Positions 5,910 to 13,178 of a DNA stretch of 20,000 nt are shown here, in pieces; positions within the stretch are counted from its first letter, which is position 1; each line of letters opens with the position of its first letter. Below the pieces are notes generated by a model that was given only the letters and a program-made list of their open reading frames with translations, made no database searches and was not told where the DNA came from. The translations under genes were made by a program, and so were the position numbers. This stretch comes from an uncultured virus (IMG/VR IMGVR_UViG_2049941000_000086) (taxonomy: Duplodnaviria > Heunggongvirae > Uroviricota > Caudoviricetes), in the IMG/VR virus record IMGVR_UViG_2049941000_000086. One strand, written 5' to 3'.

Positions 5910-6352
5910 ATAATGCCGGTCTTTCCCGGCTGTCCATCGGTCTATTCCGATTGTCGTGTGGTCAGGAGACACACCCTCCGGCGCTCACTTTTCTTGCATG
6001 GTTTCTGAGCGTTCCCCATAGCCCCATGCGCACCCGGCTCTTTCCTTTGTCCCCGGCGTGTCCGAGTCATCCGGGAGGCTCCCTTGTCAGAGGAGGGAGA
6101 AAAAACGGGTTTAATCACGGTTTGCCCACCGTCCGGGGAGAGGTCTTATCCCCGGCTCTTATACCTTGCGGAACCTCTGGTGCCGAGGGGAGGATTTGAA
6201 CCCCCACGGTTGAACGACACTTCATCCGGTAGCAGATATGGATTGTACTTCTCCACAGCTTGTCAGTGCCAGCACTTCAACTTAGTCTCCGTGTCGTCTG
6301 CTCGCTTTTTCCGCATTAAGCTACCTCGGCATAATGCCGGTCTATTCCCGGC
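5906..6352 (-). repeat. Repeated hairpin leader GCCGGGAA(T)AGACCGGC-ATTAT-GCCG
   Basis: Copies at 5906-5930 and 6327-6352; a covarying variant ATCGG-AATAGA-CCGAT at 5936-5951. Confidence 0.85.
6178..6330 (-). ncRNA. 153 nt tRNA-like RNA (Leu-like frame) with a ~60 nt insertion in the anticodon loop
   Basis: Perfect acceptor GCCGAGG/CCTCGGC-A-CCA; D arm GCTT..AAGC; T arm GGGGG-TTCAAAT-CCTCC; AGCAGA/TCTGCT stem; long variable arm. Confidence 0.75.
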
Positions 6353-6365
6353 AGGCAGCGATGTC

Positions 6366-7082
6366 TTACAGCATCACGGTTACGTTCGGCATGTCCTGAA
6401 GCTGCTCCTGAAGCCATGCCTTTGCGGTGTTCCTGGCGGTCAACTTCCACATGCCGCCGTCCGCTTCCCGGAACGTGATGCCGCGCTCGGATATACGGAT
6501 CAGGAAGATGCCCTCCGGCTGCTCGATCTCCTGGAAGGTGCGGTAGGGGCGGAGCTTGACCAGCGGCTTGATCGTCGTGTTCTGCGCCAGGGCCGCGCCC
6601 TTCTGCGTCACGATGGTGCTTGCCACGCCGTTGTCCGTGTACGTCACCTTCGCACCGGTAGTGATCTGGCTCAGGAGCGTGAGCGTGTACTCGCGGTCTC
6701 CGCCGTCCTGGAACCGGGTCATCAGCGCCACGGCTGCCTGGTCGAATCCCATCTGCACCTCCGGTTCCCATCCGGGGATGTCAATGGCTCTGGCGTTATA
6801 CAGGACGTTCCGCTTCCATCTGGTGTCTTCACTGGGAGAGTCATATACGTCAACCTCGTCGTGGCCGGTGACGGAGACGAAAATCTGACGGTCCTGCTGT
6901 TCTTTCTTCACGAGCTGTACCAAAGCGTCCAAGCTGTTGAGCCGCACCGTCTCCGGAGAGTCGATGGCAGGACGCAGTTCCTCGGTGTGGTCTGCGTAAA
7001 GAACGTAGGAATGATCGCCCTCCGTATAGACCAGAGGGCTGCTCATTTCCTCGATTTTTTCGATCGCTTCTTTCAGCATCAT
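6366..7082 (-). CDS. Conserved phage protein (238 aa), partner of the upstream gene
   Basis: GGAGGT RBS, strong codon bias, motif VKLRPYRTFQEIEQPE...EADGGMWK. Confidence 0.85.
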   Translation of the reverse strand: MMLKEAIEKIEEMSSPLVYTEGDHSYVLYADHTEELRPAIDSPETVRLNSLDALVQLVKKEQQDRQIFVSVTGHDEVDVYDSPSEDTRWKRNVLYNARAIDIPGWEPEVQMGFDQAAVALMTRFQDGGDREYTLTLLSQITTGAKVTYTDNGVASTIVTQKGAALAQNTTIKPLVKLRPYRTFQEIEQPEGIFLIRISERGITFREADGGMWKLTARNTAKAWLQEQLQDMPNVTVML

Positions 7083-7093
7083 CTGTTACCTCC

Positions 7094-7444
7094 TTACTTG
7101 GCGATCCGGAGAATCGGTGCCGGTTCCTGCTCTTCTCCGTCGAAGCTGGCCTGCCCCGGAATCTGCGGGGTCATTTCCACCACGGAGAAATCTCCGTAGC
7201 TCCCCTGGCTCGCGTACAGTGCCGTCTTCACAGGGACGGTAGGCTGAAGAACGCTCTTTGCCGTAACGCTGACGCTGATGGTCTGGCGCTCGTCGTCAGG
7301 CAGGAACTCCACCGTCAGCGTGATTTTTCTCTTTGCCGAAGCTTTCGTGTTCGGGTCGAGAATGTTTTGCAGGACGCGGCCCATTTCATAGTCAACACGT
7401 TCCGTGATTGCGCCGCGAGCCATTTCAAGGATGCTCTTTTCCAT
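7094..7444 (-). CDS. Conserved phage protein (family often labelled 'replication terminator protein')
   Basis: AAGGAG RBS; ILDPNTKASAKRKITLT; C-terminal QIPGQASF. The label is from recall. Confidence 0.8.
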   Translation of the reverse strand: MEKSILEMARGAITERVDYEMGRVLQNILDPNTKASAKRKITLTVEFLPDDERQTISVSVTAKSVLQPTVPVKTALYASQGSYGDFSVVEMTPQIPGQASFDGEEQEPAPILRIAK

Positions 7445-7546
7445 TTGGTTTCACTCCTTTCCGTGTGTTTCGGTATTCCGCTGCTCTTCAGGCGGGAACC
7501 GTTTACGCTTAAAGTCTAGCACACGCCTTTGTACTCCGTAAGATTT

Positions 7547-7625
7547 CGGGGCGGGGTGGCCTCGAACCACCGGGGGATCACTGTCCCCAGCGACGCATCG
7601 CCGTACTTCCCTGTACCACCGCCCC
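7547..7625 (-). ncRNA. tRNA-like RNA with a long variable arm and a tetraloop in place of the anticodon loop
   Basis: GGGGCGG-TG-GTAC-AGGGAA-GTAC-GGCGA-TGCG-TCGCT-GGGGA-CAGTGA-TCCCC-C-GGTGG-TTCGAGG-CCACC-CCGCCCC-G. Confidence 0.75.
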
Positions 7626-7718
7626 GTATCTACTCAAGGGGGAATTTAATCTCCGTCGTTCCCGGAGTCACGGGGCATCACCCCCTTCATATCATTTTCG
7701 TGGCGTCACGAAAATGGT

Positions 7719-8096
7719 CTACTTCTGATAGGTTCCGAGGACGTTCCGCTCCGCCCGATCCTCCGCCCTTTTGTTCATCCACATGAGGGCTTCCTCGATG
7801 TGCGTCAGGGCGCAGGCGTTTTCCCGGCAGGCAAACTCTCCGGCCTGAAACGCTTTCAGCCGGTCACGGACGATTTCCAAAAGGTCTCCGTCCAGTACAC
7901 CAGTCCGCGCATCAGGGTCAGTCCTCGCGCCCTTCTGAAACCTGATTTGTTCGCTGGTCACACTACCGCCGCCAGTTTCGGTGCTGCGCCACATCAACAC
8001 CGTATAGTCGTGGTACGCTCCGCCGGGGCCGATCTCCCCTTCACGGAAGACTTCGTTCAGATTGTTTCTCTTCTGAATCGTCGAAAGTTTTTCCAT
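7719..8096 (-). CDS. tad1: Thoeris anti-defence protein Tad1 (gcADPR/cyclic-nucleotide sponge)
   Basis: 125 aa from ATG 8096 (GGAGG RBS). LSTIQKR, GPGGAYH, FQKGAR and [52 protein letters not shown] match the clostridial Tad1 sequence as I recall it. Confidence 0.9.
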   Translation of the reverse strand: MEKLSTIQKRNNLNEVFREGEIGPGGAYHDYTVLMWRSTETGGGSVTSEQIRFQKGARTDPDARTGVLDGDLLEIVRDRLKAFQAGEFACRENACALTHIEEALMWMNKRAEDRAERNVLGTYQK

Positions 8097-8098
8097 CG

Positions 8099-8539
8099 TT
8101 ATTCTCCCTCCTTTTTTACGGTAATCTTCGGCTCCGTCCCCCAAATGTGAACGGGGTCTGCGTCAACCGTCCAGCTCTCCCGTTTGTCCTCCGGAAGCTG
8201 GTGCCAGAAGAAGTTGCGGATGACCGAGTACATATCAAACGCCACCTGAACATCCTCTGTCTTACGGAAATGCTCAAGGTTGCCACCGGATGCGGCTCGC
8301 ATCGCCAGTTCAAGCATCTCCTTGCAGGCATCGCGTCTGAGTATGCGTCTGTCGAACTCCGGGTCGTCCGGCTTGTATTCATAGTTCAGCCAAGCCAGGT
8401 CTTCCGCCATGTCCCACGTCTGGCCTATGCACATCCTAGCCCACTTCTCACATACATTCTGTAACAGCCGGAGCTGCCGCTCGTTGAGCGTGATGGTGTA
8501 CTTCTGCTCCGGAGGCGTCTCCGTTTTCTTTCTCGCCAT
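8099..8539 (-). CDS. Hypothetical phage protein
   Basis: 146 aa, RBS AAGGGAG. Confidence 0.8.
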   Translation of the reverse strand: MARKKTETPPEQKYTITLNERQLRLLQNVCEKWARMCIGQTWDMAEDLAWLNYEYKPDDPEFDRRILRRDACKEMLELAMRAASGGNLEHFRKTEDVQVAFDMYSVIRNFFWHQLPEDKRESWTVDADPVHIWGTEPKITVKKEGE

Positions 8540-8557
8540 TATCTTTCGCTCCCTTCG

Positions 8558-8881
8558 TTATTCGGTGCCATCTTTGTCTTCGGATTGAATACCGTCTTTC
8601 TTCGAGACGTATACGCCCCACTCCTTGATGTCCGTCTCGTGCGTTTCTTCGCTGACCGGGATTCCCAGGAATCGCAGACGGTTCTTCGCTATAATGGCGT
8701 CGTTCTCCGTCTCCATGTGTACCATCATTACCGGCCCCGCCGGAGTGACGCCAACCAGCCCTTCAAGGTCTCGGATGGCAAGCACCGTCTCGCGCCACCG
8801 CCTGCGACGCCGCACCATGAAGAACGGCGGTATACGCCCCGTCAGCGCCGCAAATGTCCACCGCTTCGGTTGTACGCTCAT
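8558..8881 (-). CDS. Hypothetical phage protein
   Basis: 107 aa, ATGA overlap, AGGAGG RBS. Confidence 0.75.
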   Translation of the reverse strand: MSVQPKRWTFAALTGRIPPFFMVRRRRRWRETVLAIRDLEGLVGVTPAGPVMMVHMETENDAIIAKNRLRFLGIPVSEETHETDIKEWGVYVSKKDGIQSEDKDGTE

Positions 8882-9189
8882 GTTGCCTCCTTATCCGCAA
8901 GCAAATCCATCTGCCCGTCCAACGGTTCCTCCGGTAGCTTCGGCTTCGGCATACCGCTGTGATCTAGCAGGCGGATGATATCCGGTCCGTTCCACTCCCG
9001 GTTGAACATCCCGCAGGCGACGTATTTCTTCCGCCAGTCTGACGCCTCGCTGTGCGTCGCTCCGTAGACCAAGCACTTCCGAAGTAGCATGTCGTGGTAT
9101 CTTCCCTTGATGAGATTGCTGCAATCCTCGCACCGCTTGTCTTGGAGGACGCCAAACCTCCGGTGCATCTCGTCGATCTTGCGGATCAT
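8878..9189 (-). CDS. Hypothetical Cys-containing phage protein
   Basis: MIRKIDEMHRRFG...CEDC...KCLVYG...ACG; AGGAGG RBS; ends GQMDLL. Confidence 0.75.
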   Translation of the reverse strand: MIRKIDEMHRRFGVLQDKRCEDCSNLIKGRYHDMLLRKCLVYGATHSEASDWRKKYVACGMFNREWNGPDIIRLLDHSGMPKPKLPEEPLDGQMDLLADKEAT

Positions 9190-9569
9190 GTTGCCTCCTT
9201 GTGTAGCCATTCCTGCCACTTATCTTCACAGTCCTTCCCATGCCTGCACTCGTCAAAGTTTTCTACTGCGGGGCATCCCTCGCAGTCTGCAACGACGCGG
9301 AACCAAGCTGCCAGTTCTTTGTCGCTCTTGCTTCGCAGCATGTCCCTGTGGGTTTTGGGTTTCTTCGGCGTCCAATGTTCGCAAACCTCGTCTGGCCATC
9401 CTTCGCACCATTCCTTGACAGGGGGCTGGCCGCAGTTCTTGCAGGTCTTTTCCCTCGGCTCTGGTTTGGGATCGTCGTACCGCTTCAGGTACTTTGGCTT
9501 GCTTGCCGGACATTCACCGCAGGGCAGCATTTCATACGGGCCGCAGCCGCCCTTCCGATAACAAGTCAC
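9186..9569 (-). CDS. Cys-rich protein with an 'RSxSDxELA' domain
   Basis: C-terminal THRDMLRSKSDKELA...C..C...WQEWLHKEA. Confidence 0.75.
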   Translation of the reverse strand: MTCYRKGGCGPYEMLPCGECPASKPKYLKRYDDPKPEPREKTCKNCGQPPVKEWCEGWPDEVCEHWTPKKPKTHRDMLRSKSDKELAAWFRVVADCEGCPAVENFDECRHGKDCEDKWQEWLHKEAT

Positions 9570-10018
9570 TTTTTCCTCCTCCGCTCCCTCTCCAAAAGAT
9601 GCTCAATGGTGTCCGCCGCCGCAAGCATCATCCGATACTGGCAAAGCGGTTTGGGCGTATTGCTGTTCCTTCCGAATATCACACTCAAAGAGCATTTGCC
9701 GCAATTCCCTTCTGCACACCCACGCACGTTCCGAATAATAGACGCCGGTTGCAGACCGCCCCGGTGGTCTTCCTTGCGCGGGTCGTAGTCCGGGTTTCCT
9801 TCGTAATCATCCCATGCCGTGCGCCGGTTCCACATCGCCAACGCTTCCGCCGTAGTCTTGGCCGTGGGTCTTGTCATAGCTCCGCAGTCCTCGCACACGA
9901 CATAGTAGTAGGTGTCCCGGAGGAACGGTGGAGAATAGGCTCTCACGCTTCCGCTTCCTCCACAGTACGGGCAGCGCTCGATGCTACCGTCATCAAAGTC
10001 GGTTGAATCGTAACCCAT
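9566..10018 (-). CDS. Lar-family-like zinc-ribbon protein with a C-terminal extension
   Basis: ERCPYCGG...YYVVCEDCGA...EALAMWNRR; start at ATG 10018. Confidence 0.75.
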   Translation of the reverse strand: MGYDSTDFDDGSIERCPYCGGSGSVRAYSPPFLRDTYYYVVCEDCGAMTRPTAKTTAEALAMWNRRTAWDDYEGNPDYDPRKEDHRGGLQPASIIRNVRGCAEGNCGKCSLSVIFGRNSNTPKPLCQYRMMLAAADTIEHLLERERRRKK

Positions 10019-10269
10019 TATTCCTCTGCCTCCTGTCTCAGCCATTTGAGCCAGCACTTGACCATTAAATCGGTTCCTTCGCAGGAATTTAGCGGGAAGC
10101 AGAGTTCCTCCAAGTCTTCGCCCGGAGGACAGCACGGCAGCGTTCCAAAGAACTCGGCAAGTTCTTCGTCGCTCTTAGACCGTATGCGGTCGGCATGGGT
10201 CTTCTTGCAGAGCTTTTTGAAAAGTTCTCTTTCGGCCTTGCCAACCCTTCTCAAGTCTTTGTCGTTCAT
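10018..10269 (-). CDS. 'RSxSDEELA' domain protein
   Basis: THADRIRSKSDEELA...CWLKWLRQEAEE. Confidence 0.75.
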   Translation of the reverse strand: MNDKDLRRVGKAERELFKKLCKKTHADRIRSKSDEELAEFFGTLPCCPPGEDLEELCFPLNSCEGTDLMVKCWLKWLRQEAEE

Positions 10270-10601
10270 GTCGTACCCGCTCCTTCTTCCGCCTCCTGTC
10301 TGAGCCATTCCCTCGTACACTTCGCACAGTCTTCCATAGTGGAGGCTTCGCACCCATAGCACGATGCCAACCGATAGGCATAAGCCCATGCCAGTTCCTC
10401 GTCCGTAGACGACCGCAGGACATCGCCGTGGGTGCGCTTCGGCTGCGGGCGTGTGAGAGGGCAGGCGTCAGTCCCTTTGAATTTGGAGTAGGTGACGGGG
10501 TACGGCCAGTTCCTCAGGTCATCCGTGAGCCTCGCCCGGAAGCACTCCTCCGGGCATACGCCTTTCTCATAGTCCCAGCAATGGTCGTAGTCGTGATTCA
10601 T
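10266..10601 (-). CDS. 'RSxSDEELA' domain protein
   Basis: THGDVLRSSTDEELA...CTREWLRQEAEE. Confidence 0.75.
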   Translation of the reverse strand: MNHDYDHCWDYEKGVCPEECFRARLTDDLRNWPYPVTYSKFKGTDACPLTRPQPKRTHGDVLRSSTDEELAWAYAYRLASCYGCEASTMEDCAKCTREWLRQEAEEGAGTT

Positions 10602-10906
10602 GTCGTCCCAGCTCCCCCTTCCTCGTACAGCAAGTCGTAGGTGGTAGGGACATTTATGTCCTTGGCAGGTGCTTCCTTGCCGGACGGGTCGAAGATCAGT
10701 TCAAACCTCGGCTGGCTCTTTCCGTCACGCTCCACGGTCTCCAGCCACATAGACGCCGGACGCGCCCATACCGCGCCGCCGCTATCATTCTTGGTGTAAA
10801 TCACGAGTTCTTCTCCCGTTTCGCTATGCTTCGCCAGATACAGCACACGGTAGACGCCGCCCTTGAAGTGACGCCATATCTGTCCCGGTCGTATTTCAGG
10901 TTTCAT
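10598..10906 (-). CDS. DUF1653-domain protein
   Basis: WRHFKGGVYRVLYLAKHSETGEELVIY...WARPASMW...PRF signature. Confidence 0.88.
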   Translation of the reverse strand: MKPEIRPGQIWRHFKGGVYRVLYLAKHSETGEELVIYTKNDSGGAVWARPASMWLETVERDGKSQPRFELIFDPSGKEAPAKDINVPTTYDLLYEEGGAGTT

Positions 10907-11112
10907 TCCTCTTCCTCCTTAAAGTCCAGGCACACGCCGCGCATACCCGTTTCGATGTCCCCCTCCAGGTTGCACACGAATCCATAGGGACCGTTGGTAT
11001 AGTCGTAGAAGATGTCCGTCAAGTGCTGGCAGAAGAAGCAGCTCTTGGGGTGCGCTTTCACCGCATAACCGGGGCCGCGAAAGATGCGCGTGTGTTCGTT
11101 ATTCGGCATCAT
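10903..11112 (-). CDS. Small Cys-rich phage protein
   Basis: SCFFCQHLTDIFYDYTNGPY..C...C; GGAGG RBS. Confidence 0.7.
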   Translation of the reverse strand: MMPNNEHTRIFRGPGYAVKAHPKSCFFCQHLTDIFYDYTNGPYGFVCNLEGDIETGMRGVCLDFKEEEE

Positions 11113-11468
11113 GTTTCCTCCTGCCGTCGAATCCCAAGGACTTGCGTTCTCCACTCAGGCCATGCGTCATCCTCTGGAATGATGACCGGGGTTTCGCTCA
11201 GTCCCATGTCCACGGCATCCATATCAACGTAATTGCCGCCCTCCTGCTCCGCGATTTTGTCATAGGCAGCTTCACGCTCTATCAAATCCCCATGCGGCGG
11301 GACGGGGACGAGGGTGCAATCACTATGCAGCCTTTTTTCTCTGATAGCATTGGTATATTCTGCCCACAACGCAGGTACACTCGGCAAAACTTGACAATGC
11401 AAGCTATCACCCAACGGGCAATCCTCACAGCTTGTTGGCATCTCCATGCCCTTAATCAGTACGGACAT
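11109..11468 (-). CDS. Phage protein (MS.LIKGMEMP..C..C / PHGDLI family)
   Basis: 119 aa; paralog of 11456-11677. Confidence 0.8.
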   Translation of the reverse strand: MSVLIKGMEMPTSCEDCPLGDSLHCQVLPSVPALWAEYTNAIREKRLHSDCTLVPVPPHGDLIEREAAYDKIAEQEGGNYVDMDAVDMGLSETPVIIPEDDAWPEWRTQVLGIRRQEET

Positions 11469-11677
11469 TCATACCCCTCCTCTGCTGGGATAATAACAGG
11501 CTCGTCCATGAGGTCTCCCGAATATTGGTAAGCGTCCCTGTCGATCAGGTCTCCGTGCGGCGGGAGTTCTTCAACGACGGTATTGACGCCCAGCATGGCG
11601 TTGTTCGCTCCGATCCTCGCCATCGTGACGAGTTCTTCCCAGTCTTCCATCTTCCAGCCACGGATTAAGATGCTCAT
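11456..11677 (-). CDS. Phage protein, paralog of the adjacent gene
   Basis: MSILIRG...PPHGDLIDRDA...PVIIP. Confidence 0.75.
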   Translation of the reverse strand: MSILIRGWKMEDWEELVTMARIGANNAMLGVNTVVEELPPHGDLIDRDAYQYSGDLMDEPVIIPAEEGYECPY

Positions 11678-11895
11678 GCTTTATATCTCACTCTCCCTTG
11701 TTCGGCAAGTTTCTCATAACTGGCCTTAACATCATCGTGGAGCGTTCCTCCAGACCGAAAAACTGCCCACCACAATTCTTCAAGGGCAACTTCTACCTTC
11801 GGCGGGTCTTCCATCAGGAACCGCATGGCGTTATTTACGAAGACGATGCTTGGATAATCCCCCATCCTGTCATGTCGTTTATGTTTGAACATCAT
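11674..11895 (-). CDS. Hypothetical phage protein
   Basis: AAGGAGG before ATG 11895; alternative start at 11913. Confidence 0.65.
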   Translation of the reverse strand: MMFKHKRHDRMGDYPSIVFVNNAMRFLMEDPPKVEVALEELWWAVFRSGGTLHDDVKASYEKLAEQGRVRYKA

Positions 11896-11909
11896 GCTTC
11901 CTCCTTCTG

Positions 11910-12071
11910 TCAAAGATAGCGACGAGCAATCTCGTCTGCGGTCTCTTTCCCGTATTTCTTGCAGTCGTTTTTATAATCAATCAACTGCCCCACAGGCACG
12001 AGGATGATTGCGACGGCCAATCCAAGAAATTGGAAGCACCACCACGGAAGACTGAATAAGAAGTCAATCAT
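11910..12071 (-). CDS. Small membrane protein
   Basis: Hydrophobic segment MIDFLFSLPWWCFQFLGLAVAIILVPVG; GGAGG RBS. Confidence 0.65.
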   Translation of the reverse strand: MIDFLFSLPWWCFQFLGLAVAIILVPVGQLIDYKNDCKKYGKETADEIARRYL

Positions 12072-12255
12072 TTTCTTCCTCCTCCGGTGACACCATCTGC
12101 GGGAATTTCTTGGCATAGCATTGGCGGCAAAGATGAAATCTCATGAGTCCATAGAGCGGATCGTCTGCCGTCATCTTGACATACGCACCTTTTTCCTCTC
12201 GGCTGTCGGTATACATCAGCTTTCCGCACTCATCGCATTTGACCATGTTGCTCAT
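12064..12255 (-). CDS. Small zinc-finger protein
   Basis: CDECG...HLCRQC. Confidence 0.75.
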   Translation of the reverse strand: MSNMVKCDECGKLMYTDSREEKGAYVKMTADDPLYGLMRFHLCRQCYAKKFPQMVSPEEEEND

Positions 12256-12434
12256 ACTTTCTCCCTCACATCATCGAACTTATGGTCTCTCGCCCACCGC
12301 CTGCACCATCCGTCAAAGACCATCACATAGCTGATGTAGTGACCGTCTATCTCACAATGGCACGTCACCTCACCCGGCTTCCCCGTGCGGATGTTCCTCC
12401 GGCAGTTGCAGCAGCACCTCTTTCGGTCAGGCAT
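12252..12434 (-). CDS. Small Cys-rich protein
   Basis: MPDRKRCCCNCRRN...CHC...WCRRW; GGGGAGG RBS. Confidence 0.7.
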   Translation of the reverse strand: MPDRKRCCCNCRRNIRTGKPGEVTCHCEIDGHYISYVMVFDGWCRRWARDHKFDDVREKV

Positions 12435-12834
12435 CGTCCTGTCCTCCCCGCTTTTCCCATATCGTCTCATAGGGCTGAGCGTATCCGGCTGATACCCGCA
12501 CCTGCTTCGGCTCCACGAGCATGTTTGTTTTGAACGGGAAGTTCAGCGCGTTGATACGGGCTTCGTTCGCAGCGTCCAAGAGAACCCCGCCAGGTCCATA
12601 ATCGGAGCAAAGACAAACGGGAGGTTTATACAGGGATTCTTCAATGCCCCTGATGACGGCAGCTTTGAAGGTTTCGACCTGTTCTTCGCTGGGTGCTTCC
12701 TGCCCAATGTCCGCCAGCAGCATTGCCCATGAGCTGGATAAGCTGGAGTCCCCGTTGTCATGTCTGGTATAGCAGCTGATCTCCTTCGCCCACCATTCGG
12801 CGGCGACCACAGCCGCTTCATGTATGTCCTTCAT
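12427..12834 (-). CDS. Hypothetical phage protein
   Basis: 135 aa, AAEWWA...HDNGD...DYGP...FPFKT. Confidence 0.8.
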   Translation of the reverse strand: MKDIHEAAVVAAEWWAKEISCYTRHDNGDSSLSSSWAMLLADIGQEAPSEEQVETFKAAVIRGIEESLYKPPVCLCSDYGPGGVLLDAANEARINALNFPFKTNMLVEPKQVRVSAGYAQPYETIWEKRGGQDDA

Positions 12835-13178
12835 GCGTCATGTCCCCCGTTCTTCATTCTGAACCCGCATTCCGGGCAGAACTTCGTCCGATCTTTCCGC
12901 TTCGTTTTGCAGTGGGTGCAGTTCCACTTGGCGTAGGTCTGGCCTTTGCCTCCAGGAACGCTCATGGTTTTATACTGCCATTCCGCAACCTTATCCGTCT
13001 CGGCCAGCATCTTCGTCGCCGCCCGGATTCCCCGTTCGTTCGCCTCGTACAGAGCGTTGTAGTTGTGTTCATAGTCCCGGATGATCTGGATAAGCTCTTC
13101 CTTTTTCATGCCGCGCAAGGTGCTGTCGGCGTATTGCTTGCCGTGGTACGGGGTGTGTACCCATTCTTTAAGTTCCAT
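12831..13178 (-). CDS. Zinc-ribbon phage protein
   Basis: C-terminal CTHC...FCPECG. Confidence 0.8.
   Translation of the reverse strand: MELKEWVHTPYHGKQYADSTLRGMKKEELIQIIRDYEHNYNALYEANERGIRAATKMLAETDKVAEWQYKTMSVPGGKGQTYAKWNCTHCKTKRKDRTKFCPECGFRMKNGGHDA

Noticed and set aside
4540..6199. ORFs inside the RNA island (e.g. 5470-5937, 4945-5211)
   Set aside because: They overlap tRNAs or cloverleaves and lack RBSs and protein-like composition.
5821..6330. tmRNA (one- or two-piece)
   Set aside because: There is no G3-U70 Ala acceptor and no tag reading frame, and each cloverleaf is self-contained.
6178..6330. Group I intron in a tRNA
   Set aside because: The insert is about 60 nt, with no P/Q/R/S core.
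4605..6352. CRISPR array, GOLLD, ROOL or raiA RNA
   Set aside because: There is no regular repeat-spacer period and I recognise no consensus of these families. A cmscan is needed to exclude them formally.
7460..7527. Hammerhead ribozyme (CTGAAGAG...GAAAC on the minus strand)
   Set aside because: No stem II can form between CUGANGA and GAAA. CTGAAGA instead sits in the loop of the CGGTTCCCGC/GCGGAATACCG hairpin.
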